Below, one piece after another: positions 50,056 through 57,887 of a stretch of 64,000 nt of DNA. Under the pieces are notes generated by a model. It was given only the letters and a program-made list of their open reading frames with translations, was not told the origin of the DNA and ran no database searches. The number at the start of each line of letters is the position of its first letter. Positions within the stretch are counted from its first letter, which is position 1. The stretch is from assembly GCA_965661285.1 (NCBI GenBank), contig CBFIDD010000004.1, positions 32,001-96,000 on the forward strand, in the 5' to 3' direction. Source of the DNA: Poseidonia sp. (GTDB lineage Archaea > Thermoplasmatota > Poseidoniia > Poseidoniales > Poseidoniaceae). The translations under genes were made by a program, and so were the position numbers.

Positions 50056-51644
50056 GGTGTAAGTTGACCCAGAAGGGCCTCAAGACGTAATTTTTCCTCC
50101 TTTGGAACACGGAATCTCACCCACGCTTTCCGAGCGTCGACCCAAACATCCCATGCGAAAGCGAACGATTTTCCACTCGCCCAAAAAACAGGGAAGCAAA
50201 GAATGTACACGGCCATCAACCCGACCGCTGCGCTGCTGGTGCCCATACGGAGCCAGGTATCGGAAAAGCCGAGGACGTCCCCAACAGCACCATGATTGGC
50301 CCAAACCACCCAGGTCCACCCTAAGGCGATGAAGGGCCACACGAGCATCGAGCCAAAGAACGACGCGAGAAACTGGTAGCTTGTTCTGGCATCAAGGCCC
50401 TCGTCGGTCGAATCACCGAGCAGGCGACCGAGGGCGATTTGGAAACCCAGTGAAGTGATTGAAAACGGCAACAACGCAAGAAAACAAAACAGGGCGACCA
50501 TCGCCGAGGGCAGGCGGCTCATGTTGGCTCGGCGCAGCGGCCTTCCTTTTGGCCCGAGGTCCCGACCGTCCAATCCCCTTGTCTCAAGCAGTTCAGCCGC
50601 CTCTGAAGCGAGTTCGAATTGTTCACCGGCCAAGGGCTGTGGGGGGAACGTGTTTTCCCGCCCGGGCCATTCGTCCCGGACGGTTCTCGCCGCCAGCACC
50701 TCGGACGTCCAATCGGAGAGACGCTCGCCCTTGTGGCGGGCACGGGCATGGGCGAGAAGATGGAGGGCGCGGTGTTCTTCCCACGTCGCGGTGTTGGGCG
50801 TCATGCTTGGAAGGCGGTCTTGCAGTTGGCCCCTGATGCGATGAACCGTTTCTGCGGGTGGCTCAACCCATCCGCCTTCTCGAACGGCGTTGACCATGGC
50901 CTCTGGGATCTGGTCATCCTCAAGTCTGATGGGGTCGCCAAACTCGATGAATTGGTCGGTTCGGAAGAGTTCTCTGCGACGGAAATGAAGACCCACGGGG
51001 ACGAGGTGCGGGAGCGGTAAATCGTTGGCCTTCGCCAGTGCGGCTGCGGCAAGAACGGTGCGAATCGGCCCGGTTTTGAACCGGAGCATCGACGACTGAC
51101 TGTGGCTCGTGCCCTCGGGGAACAAAACGCAACCAAAACCGTGGGCGATGCCGCTTGAAAGAGCGAGAAGTGAGCGCCCGTTCAACACCAACGCTTCCTC
51201 TTCGGTGCAACCGCCTCTGAGGAGTTCGGCCTTGCGCACGACCGGTTGGACCGCAAGACGGCGGGTCCACCAGCCCAAGAGAGGGCGTGTCACCAAATCA
51301 TGGCGAGCTCCAACGACGAATTCCTTGGGATGGTTGAGAAAAATACCGAGCGGGTCCATCAGTCCGTTGGTGTGCCAGCCGCAACACATGGCACCTGCGC
51401 CACCCACCTCGAGTGGCGTGGTGGATGACGAAGCCGTGGTTCGAAACTGAACGCTCGCAACGCGACGGCACATCCAGAACGCAATTTTCGTCCACAAAAA
51501 CGAGCCCGGCACCGATGAATCGTAGGTTGGGAGTGGTGCGTTCAGAAGTTTGTCGATGTTCATCTTCTTCGCCGAGGCAGACAAAATCGGAAGGGCTTCG
51601 CCGTTGTGGATCATTTTCTCTTCTCCTGTGTCGATCGTGGCCAT
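50052..51644 (-). CDS. PlsC/GPAT-family glycerolipid acyltransferase with C-terminal TM domain
   Basis: H-x4-D motif (HTNGLMD), QPVVR, FPEGTSH, FKTG, VPVGL. Confidence 0.88.
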   Translation of the reverse strand: MATIDTGEEKMIHNGEALPILSASAKKMNIDKLLNAPLPTYDSSVPGSFLWTKIAFWMCRRVASVQFRTTASSSTTPLEVGGAGAMCCGWHTNGLMDPLGIFLNHPKEFVVGARHDLVTRPLLGWWTRRLAVQPVVRKAELLRGGCTEEEALVLNGRSLLALSSGIAHGFGCVLFPEGTSHSQSSMLRFKTGPIRTVLAAAALAKANDLPLPHLVPVGLHFRRRELFRTDQFIEFGDPIRLEDDQIPEAMVNAVREGGWVEPPAETVHRIRGQLQDRLPSMTPNTATWEEHRALHLLAHARARHKGERLSDWTSEVLAARTVRDEWPGRENTFPPQPLAGEQFELASEAAELLETRGLDGRDLGPKGRPLRRANMSRLPSAMVALFCFLALLPFSITSLGFQIALGRLLGDSTDEGLDARTSYQFLASFFGSMLVWPFIALGWTWVVWANHGAVGDVLGFSDTWLRMGTSSAAVGLMAVYILCFPVFWASGKSFAFAWDVWVDARKAWVRFRVPKEEKLRLEALLGQLTP

Positions 51645-52069
51645 CACTTCACACCCTGAAGTTCTGCGGCAAGGTCGGCCAGCGCGATGTGGTCCGCCTC
51701 GGAGACGGGGGTTTGAGGCCACATCGCCATGAGCGTGGAGCCACCATCGTGTGGTGTTCTTGGGAGGACATGAACGTGGACGTGAGGGACTTCCTGTCCT
51801 GCCAACGGCCCGTCGTGAATGCACACCGTGAAGTCCGTTGTCTCAAATCGCTGACCAAGGAGGCGTTGTACGGAGGAGACGCCCTCCATGAGTTGTGCTT
51901 GTTCTTGCCTGGTCAAATCTGCCAAACGTTGCACACCACGAACAGGAATCACCAGGGTGTGCCCTTCTCTTCGCGGGAAGATGTCGAGAAAAGCGTACCA
52001 CCCTTCTCCACTTGCGACACGATGCGAGGGAATGTCACCGGAGAGTATCTTCTCAAACAGCGTGGTCAT
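51644..52069 (-). CDS. HIT-family hydrolase
   Basis: LFEKI, FLDIFP, GHTLVIP, GQEVPHVHVHVLPR. Confidence 0.95.
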   Translation of the reverse strand: MTTLFEKILSGDIPSHRVASGEGWYAFLDIFPRREGHTLVIPVRGVQRLADLTRQEQAQLMEGVSSVQRLLGQRFETTDFTVCIHDGPLAGQEVPHVHVHVLPRTPHDGGSTLMAMWPQTPVSEADHIALADLAAELQGVK

Positions 52070-52098
52070 GACCGTTGGGTGTTCCCCGATGTCTTTCT

Positions 52099-53718
52099 TC
52101 ATTGTGGAGGAAGAACCCAATGGCCGCCTGCTCCCTTCTTGATGGCGAGCGTTCCGATGGCCCCCTCACGGTCAACGGTGAGATGATGCAGGAACGCGTC
52201 GTTGGATTCAGGGAAGTCTTCTCGTGTGAACGAGCCACGGGACTCTTCGCGCGCCTGTCCGCTTTGAACGGACGCCAAGACCATGCGAACAGCTGCCTGG
52301 GTTCGAAGAACCTCGAGGAGGTTGGTGTTTGCAATGAGCGAGTGCTGGTCGAGATGAAGCGACTCGGCCGTGATGTTGAGTTGTTCAAGCTTGGCTTGGA
52401 GGTTGGCCATGCTGTCCGATGAGAAGGACGACGTGGCCGCCAACCCAGCGTGAAGGTTGGCCATCACGGTGCCACAGCGAACCACATGGGTCGCTTCGTC
52501 GGATTCCATCATGGCAGAAACATCGGCTTGCGCGTCATCCAGAGCCGCTTCAAGTGCGGTGGCGGTGCTGAACTTGCGGTCGGCGACCCATTGCCCAGCG
52601 TGTTCTCCAGCGGACGTTCCCGAAGCGAGGGCGTCGAGAAGACGGTTGCCTGCGAGCGGTGCAGCCCCGTGGAGGCCGGTGCACGATGCGTCGCCCGCAG
52701 CATAAAGACCGGTGAACCAGCGGGACCACGTGCCGACCACACATCGTCCGTGGCCATCAACGGGAAGTCCGCCGAGGGTGTGGCCGACGGTGGGGGCCAA
52801 AGGAACCGTTTGCCGGTTCATGTCAATGCCCGTGCGTTGTTTGACAAGGCGGAAGAGGGAGGCCCACCACGAGGCGCTTAGGCCCATGTTTCGAGCATCC
52901 AACACGGGTTGAACAGCTGCGGAGATGGCGTCGACGATGTCTTGGGAAGAGTGGCCGTCCACTTCGATAGCAGCACCCGATGCTTCGTGGAGTTGGGCCC
53001 CGTCAAGGAGGAGGCCGGTAGGCAACAACACGTTCGTGCCTTTGATGGCGAGTGGATGGTGGGTCATGAATTCCATATCTCGCAGAGCGACGCCCGCACG
53101 GAAGGCCATGTCCATGCCAAGACCGACAAGCCCTGAGGAAAACGCCCCTTCGAAACCCTCGTCAGCGATGATGAGCGCTTTGCATTGCAAGCCGATGACC
53201 TTTCCGTTGACCATGTCAACGGCGACGAGGCCTTCAACCGATTGATTGGTGTGAACAAGGGTCAACGGCACCTGGTCGCCCCGTCGAATGACGCCGTGGC
53301 GCATGCATTGCTCTTCGCCGAGTTGTTGGAGGCCGAGCGCCGTGGCACTGCCGGCATCCACCGTACGGGGTTGTTGATGGCTTGGAGCCTTGCGAACCAT
53401 GGGCAGGCCCTGTTGGTCTCTTCGGAAGTTGAACCCTCGACGTTCGAGGAGGTCGACGAATTTGATGGCCCCGGCTGTGGTTTCGGCCACCACGTCCTGA
53501 TCGCACAGGAATGCGCCGCAACGGATGGTGTCCTCTCGGTGGCTCCGGTTGTTGGCTTCTTGAATAGAGGCTGAAAGGCCTTCAAGCGAAGTTAAACCGG
53601 GGTTGCCCAAACCGGTGGATGACATCATGAGGGTGTTCGCCCCGGATTTTGCTGCCGCAGCGGCGGCGTGAAGTGCAGCGGGCCCGTCTCCAAGCACAAT
53701 GACATCCCATGCTTCCAT
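52099..53718 (-). CDS. SdhA/FrdA/NadB-family flavoprotein paralogue with degenerate active site
   Basis: GDGPAA, DTIRCG..LCDQD, DMEF, GLYAAGD, LHGA, REESRG. Several catalytic motifs are altered. Confidence 0.82.
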   Translation of the reverse strand: MEAWDVIVLGDGPAALHAAAAAAKSGANTLMMSSTGLGNPGLTSLEGLSASIQEANNRSHREDTIRCGAFLCDQDVVAETTAGAIKFVDLLERRGFNFRRDQQGLPMVRKAPSHQQPRTVDAGSATALGLQQLGEEQCMRHGVIRRGDQVPLTLVHTNQSVEGLVAVDMVNGKVIGLQCKALIIADEGFEGAFSSGLVGLGMDMAFRAGVALRDMEFMTHHPLAIKGTNVLLPTGLLLDGAQLHEASGAAIEVDGHSSQDIVDAISAAVQPVLDARNMGLSASWWASLFRLVKQRTGIDMNRQTVPLAPTVGHTLGGLPVDGHGRCVVGTWSRWFTGLYAAGDASCTGLHGAAPLAGNRLLDALASGTSAGEHAGQWVADRKFSTATALEAALDDAQADVSAMMESDEATHVVRCGTVMANLHAGLAATSSFSSDSMANLQAKLEQLNITAESLHLDQHSLIANTNLLEVLRTQAAVRMVLASVQSGQAREESRGSFTREDFPESNDAFLHHLTVDREGAIGTLAIKKGAGGHWVLPPQ

Positions 53719-53816
53719 TCTGAAACTCCCCTGTGGCTGGCGAAGCAGAGGACCGCCATAAGGTGCGCGCTTCGCCCACAAGCAGCAACGCTCGTCGCCC
53801 AACTCCTTGAACGGAT

Positions 53817-55328
53817 TCAGACTTTTGGCAGTGGCCGCGTCGCCCACGTGCGAGCACGCTCGAGGGCGCTGTTCTTTTTCCTCGATTGGAAACTTGATTT
53901 CCGCTTGACCAACGTGCGAAGAACCCGCGACTCGATGACCACGCCTTCCTCATTGCGAAGAATGACCTGCACATAGCGCTCGGTTTGGTCTCGCTCCGGC
54001 CATGCTACACCAAGCCAGAGAACAACGCCCTGCTGGAGATAGCGAGGCACCCAATCAAGCGCATCGTCTTCACCTTCTGCGTTCAATCCAACCGCTTTAC
54101 GGGGAGGAGGGCAGGGTTGCAAGTCAAACCGGTGGTCGCGCGCAAAGGGTTCCCCGCCGGGACAAACGACCTCAATCCTCGCCACGGCATGGTCAAAGGT
54201 TTGGTTGTTGAGCGCAATGAACAGGTGGCCCGTGCCTTCGTCGCACTCGGGGTCGAGGGCCACGTCCATCCGCCACGGTGAGCGCAACATGCTGGGCGTG
54301 CCCGAGAGGAGGTCCAACTGGAGGCGTTCGAGCAGGCGAAAGGCGCTGGGCTGCCAAACTCGAGCGTGGGCCAAAAGACGCTGGAGGGAGCGCCAATTGA
54401 ACTTGGCCTCCTCGTCCAACAACACGTCTGCAATGGCGTCAGGGCGTATGAATTCACACAACTCCCCCATGGCAACGCTGTCGCTGAGGTCGCCCTTGGC
54501 GTTGAGATGTAAGATGTAGAGAACGCGCTCCCAAGACTGGTCTTTGTCATAACCCGGCAGCACGCTCTTGCGGAATTCACTGAGCCAGTCGCGCCAGTCA
54601 AGATACAAGTCGGGGTCAAGGTGCAGAACGATCAGTTCGCCCAGAATAGAGCCGAGTTGGGTGGGGTGGTGTGTTGGGGCGTGATGGACCAGGCACGGCA
54701 TCTGGTCGCCTTGCTGGCGAACGGAATCGGAGGTGAAAAACGAATGAAATGAATGCGCAAAACCAAGGGTCATCGAGACCAAAAACGACAGGCTCCAGAC
54801 CAACGACTGTTCCTGGAGCGCGGTGCCCAAACCCAGCAGCGAAGCGCTGCTGAGGGCCAAAAGAATGTTGACCGTATTGTGCCGTCGTACGTCGGTGAGC
54901 CCCTCCAAAATACGATCCATGCCCGGTTGGGAACGGAGTGAGAGTTTTCCGCCCTGCCTGCCGTCATCAATTTCGCGCAGAGAAATGCGTGCTTGGATGG
55001 ATTGCCACATGGACTCCCCGGCTAGAAGCGGTGGAACGGTTCCCAACAGCAGCGGCACCAACCAGAACATCAGCACGTAGCCCGGATTGGGCGGAGCAAG
55101 ATTGGGGGAAATGATCGAGAGAAGGGCGACGGTGGCGATGCTTGCACCAAAGGCCAAGCGGAGAAACATCACGGCGGGATGGCGGGCCAGTTGGCCAGAA
55201 CGAAGGCGAAGCATCTCTTGTTGTTGCCATTTTTCGCTGGTTCGCTCGATCGGGTTTTCCACTCGGGTGAAACCCTGACCGTACGGATCGGGAAGAACGT
55301 TGTTGGCGTCCGAGGCTTGGTCGGCCAT
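53817..55328 (-). CDS. Hypothetical membrane protein
   Basis: Four TM segments followed by a soluble C-terminal domain; start MADQASD. Confidence 0.65.
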   Translation of the reverse strand: MADQASDANNVLPDPYGQGFTRVENPIERTSEKWQQQEMLRLRSGQLARHPAVMFLRLAFGASIATVALLSIISPNLAPPNPGYVLMFWLVPLLLGTVPPLLAGESMWQSIQARISLREIDDGRQGGKLSLRSQPGMDRILEGLTDVRRHNTVNILLALSSASLLGLGTALQEQSLVWSLSFLVSMTLGFAHSFHSFFTSDSVRQQGDQMPCLVHHAPTHHPTQLGSILGELIVLHLDPDLYLDWRDWLSEFRKSVLPGYDKDQSWERVLYILHLNAKGDLSDSVAMGELCEFIRPDAIADVLLDEEAKFNWRSLQRLLAHARVWQPSAFRLLERLQLDLLSGTPSMLRSPWRMDVALDPECDEGTGHLFIALNNQTFDHAVARIEVVCPGGEPFARDHRFDLQPCPPPRKAVGLNAEGEDDALDWVPRYLQQGVVLWLGVAWPERDQTERYVQVILRNEEGVVIESRVLRTLVKRKSSFQSRKKNSALERARTWATRPLPKV

Positions 55329-55384
55329 GTCATCCCCACGTGTTCGGTGTGTGCACCCAATTATGGCTCTTGTCCAAAAAAAAG

Positions 55385-55458
55385 CGGGCGTGGCAGGATT
55401 CGAACCCGCGATCTTCGGCTTAGGAGGCCGATGCATTATCCAGCTGTGCTACACGCCC
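55385..55458 (-). tRNA. tRNA-Arg (anticodon CCT)
   Basis: Minus strand GGGCGTG...CACGCCC acceptor stem, anticodon arm TCGGC-CTCCTAA-GCCGA, T-loop GGTTCGAATCC, followed by a T-run. Confidence 0.95.
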
Positions 55459-55481
55459 AAAAGGCGCTGATGTGCGACCTT

Positions 55482-56639
55482 TCAAGACGCTTCCGTTGAT
55501 GAAGGCCGGAGGTGCTGAGCGCCCACTTCCGCAAAGCGGTGCAACATCTCCTCCAACTGAATACGCTGCTGGGCTGAACGTTGGAGGTTCATGTCGCAGG
55601 CTGAAAGCGCAGCCAATACATCAGCCAGCAACGGCTGCGGGTAGTGGGTTCGCCCCGCGACAAGAAAGTGGTGCATCCTGTCAACGACGCCCCTTGCGTC
55701 AAGGTCGTGCGAGGCCATCATCTGGTCGAGCGCCCCCATGGCACCCTTCAGCACACGGACATTTTTCTCACCCTGCCGCTCCCATTTCCATTCGTGCACG
55801 CGCCCCCGAAGGGCTTCTTCGAGCACCAATTGAACCTCTCGACGACTCGAGTTCGCCATCAACATCTGCACGTTCTTCCGGTCGGTCAGAAGGTCGCGCT
55901 GAGCGAGGAGCTGGAAAGTGAAGATCGCTTTTCGGAGATTCCCGCTGGCGACGTGAGCGATATCGCCGAGGACGCCCGAGGCCGGATGGAGGTTTTCCTG
56001 TCCTGCGATGTGTTCGAGGCGCTGCTCGATTTGCAATCGGGTGAGCGAAGGCATGCGAACATGTTGTGTTCTGCTTCTGAGCGCTTCGATGATGCGAGAA
56101 GGCGTGTGTGTGGTGAACAGGAAGCGAGCGCTTCGGCTGCTCTCTTCCATCATTCTGCGAAGATAGGATTGTCGCGCATGACCCAAATAATCGGCGTCTT
56201 CAATGATGATGATGCGAGAGACGGCAGCAAACGTCCCCGCCTGAGGCGCTGCGGATTCTTCTCCAGCTGGCGGGGGTGAAGCATCGGCGGAAGCACTGAT
56301 GCCGTGATCGAAGGCGTCAAGACTTGTTCGCCCGGCAAGCGTATCTTCAGACCCGGCGCCCTCGGGGCGCAGAAAGGCTTCGAATTTGGCCATTGCTCCG
56401 GAGGTTTTGTTCAAATCGCGGGCCTGCAAGATGTGGGTGGTAGCGCGCCATGACGGCCCCAAGACCTGGCGGCAGACGAGTTGGAGGGCTGCGGTTTTTC
56501 CACATCCTGACGGCCCTGAAAGCAGAAGATGGGGGGGATTGGCTTGGAGGGAAAGGTGTTTCAGGGCATCGATGACATGTTGCGACGTCAACAGGTCGTC
56601 AAACAACACCGGCTTGTATTCCTCAAGCCAGACGGTCAT
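55482..56639 (-). CDS. Replication factor C small-subunit-like AAA+ protein (divergent)
   Basis: WLEEYKP, PHLLLSGPSGCGKT, IIIEDAD, LRRMME, IIEALRSR, GNLRKAI. Confidence 0.85.
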   Translation of the reverse strand: MTVWLEEYKPVLFDDLLTSQHVIDALKHLSLQANPPHLLLSGPSGCGKTAALQLVCRQVLGPSWRATTHILQARDLNKTSGAMAKFEAFLRPEGAGSEDTLAGRTSLDAFDHGISASADASPPPAGEESAAPQAGTFAAVSRIIIIEDADYLGHARQSYLRRMMEESSRSARFLFTTHTPSRIIEALRSRTQHVRMPSLTRLQIEQRLEHIAGQENLHPASGVLGDIAHVASGNLRKAIFTFQLLAQRDLLTDRKNVQMLMANSSRREVQLVLEEALRGRVHEWKWERQGEKNVRVLKGAMGALDQMMASHDLDARGVVDRMHHFLVAGRTHYPQPLLADVLAALSACDMNLQRSAQQRIQLEEMLHRFAEVGAQHLRPSSTEAS

Positions 56640-56687
56640 GAACCCAAAGACAGGTCCATGGTCTTTGAACTCTGCGAGCGATTTGGC

Positions 56688-56837
56688 TCACTCTGCGCTA
56701 AGGCGCTTGGTACCGTGTCGGCGGAGTTTCATGAAAATGCGGGAACCGCACGCCTTGCAGCTGATTCCGTTTCGCTCTCGGTGGAACGATTCGAGGTTTC
56801 CGCAGTTGGCGCACTTGTAGTCAACGAGTTCAACCAT
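56688..56837 (-). CDS. rpoP: DNA-directed RNA polymerase subunit P (Rpo12)
   Basis: YKCANCG...ISCKACGSRIFMKLR; 49 aa. Confidence 0.9.
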   Translation of the reverse strand: MVELVDYKCANCGNLESFHRERNGISCKACGSRIFMKLRRHGTKRLSAE

Positions 56838-56883
56838 AGTTCTCTCTCCAAGGCTGGCGACTTCGCATCCTGTTTTCAACCTT

Positions 56884-57087
56884 TCATTCAACCAATCGTT
56901 CGACAAATGCATCAAAGGTGGGGCCTGCCATGACGACGAAGGCCCCTTGATGGTAGAGTTGAACCATTTTGAAAACAACATCGGACGGGGTTCGGCCAAG
57001 CACATCGGAAACGACCACAAGGTCATGTCCGAGTTCAAGATTCTCAACGAGGAGCGATTCCTCGATCGATGACCAACGCCCCATCAT
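56884..57087 (-). CDS. Small Myb/SANT-like helix-turn-helix protein
   Basis: RWSSIEESLL...G...SDVLGRTPSDV matches the W-(S/T)-x-x-E-x-x-x-L...LGRT pattern. It starts 5 nt after the stop of the poly-Ubl gene. Confidence 0.6.
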   Translation of the reverse strand: MMGRWSSIEESLLVENLELGHDLVVVSDVLGRTPSDVVFKMVQLYHQGAFVVMAGPTFDAFVERLVE

Positions 57088-57092
57088 GGGAT

Positions 57093-57737
57093 TCAACAAG
57101 CACGTCCACCGACGAGGCCGGGCATCAAGCGAATGCGGCAGCCTGCTTCCAAGTTCATGTTGGCAATTTCAGCGGTGCTGACGAGTTGGTTGTTCACAAA
57201 CACCCAGGAGCCTTGGGTTTGGCTGGCCTTTTCGACGAGCTCGTCTTGTGTCATTTGCACGGTGGTGTGGCCGGTTGCGTCGGCGATTTCCACCTCAAAG
57301 GCGGGGGCGTCCTGGCCGCCGATGAGACCGGGGGCCAACCGAACAGTGCTGCCCTCGCTCAGGTTCATGTCGGCGATGTCGGCGGCGCTGACGAGTTGGT
57401 TGTTCACAAACACCCACAACTCGCTGTTTTGCTCGGCAGTGTCTGCGATTTCTGCCTGCGTCATCACGGCTTCAGAGTGACCGCTCTTGTCGGTGATTTG
57501 AACGACGAAGGTCGGGACGTCTTGGCCACCGACGAGTCCGGGCATCAAGCGGATGCGGCTGCCGGCTTCCAAGTTCATGTCTGCGATGTCAGCGGCGCTG
57601 ACGAGCTGGTTGTTCACAAACACCCAGGAGCCCTGGGTTTGGGTGGCCTTGTCGGCGATTTCGTTCTGTGTCATCTGGACAACGGAGTGCCCAGATGCGT
57701 CTGCAATTTCAACGTCAAATTTCGTATTGTTTTCCAT
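57093..57737 (-). CDS. Tandem triple ubiquitin-like (beta-grasp) protein; polyubiquitin-like precursor
   Basis: Three 70-71 aa units, each with WVFVNNQLVS and ending RL-x-PGL(V/I)GG. The final GG is followed by RAC-stop. RBS AGGTGA precedes ATG 57737. Confidence 0.85.
   Translation of the reverse strand: MENNTKFDVEIADASGHSVVQMTQNEIADKATQTQGSWVFVNNQLVSAADIADMNLEAGSRIRLMPGLVGGQDVPTFVVQITDKSGHSEAVMTQAEIADTAEQNSELWVFVNNQLVSAADIADMNLSEGSTVRLAPGLIGGQDAPAFEVEIADATGHTTVQMTQDELVEKASQTQGSWVFVNNQLVSTAEIANMNLEAGCRIRLMPGLVGGRAC
57105..57737 (-). repeat. Three ~210-bp imperfect tandem repeats (57737-57525, 57524-57315, 57314-57105)
   Basis: The plus-strand block gctgacgag(t/c)tggttgttcacaaacaccca recurs every 210 bp. 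Confidence 0.95.
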
Positions 57738-57743
57738 GGTATT

Positions 57744-57781
57744 CACCTGTTTGAAAGACTGAACAATTTACCCCATATAAA
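57744..57781 (-). promoter_or_regulatory. TATA box and RBS of the poly-Ubl gene
   Basis: Minus strand TTTATAT (57781-57775), then AGGTGA (57749-57744) 6 nt before the ATG. Confidence 0.6.
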
Positions 57782-57887
57782 GAAACGAAAAACGAGGAGA
57801 AAGGTGTCTCGCTCGAAGTGTTCGCTCTGTTTGAGGGCACATTCGTACACGTCCACCGAACGTATCGGTCAAGTGTATATGAAGGAC

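Noticed and set aside
57105-57737. 210-bp repeats as a CRISPR array or non-coding repeat
   Set aside because: The period is a multiple of 3, the frame is open with mostly synonymous or conservative changes, and there are no unique spacers or cas genes.
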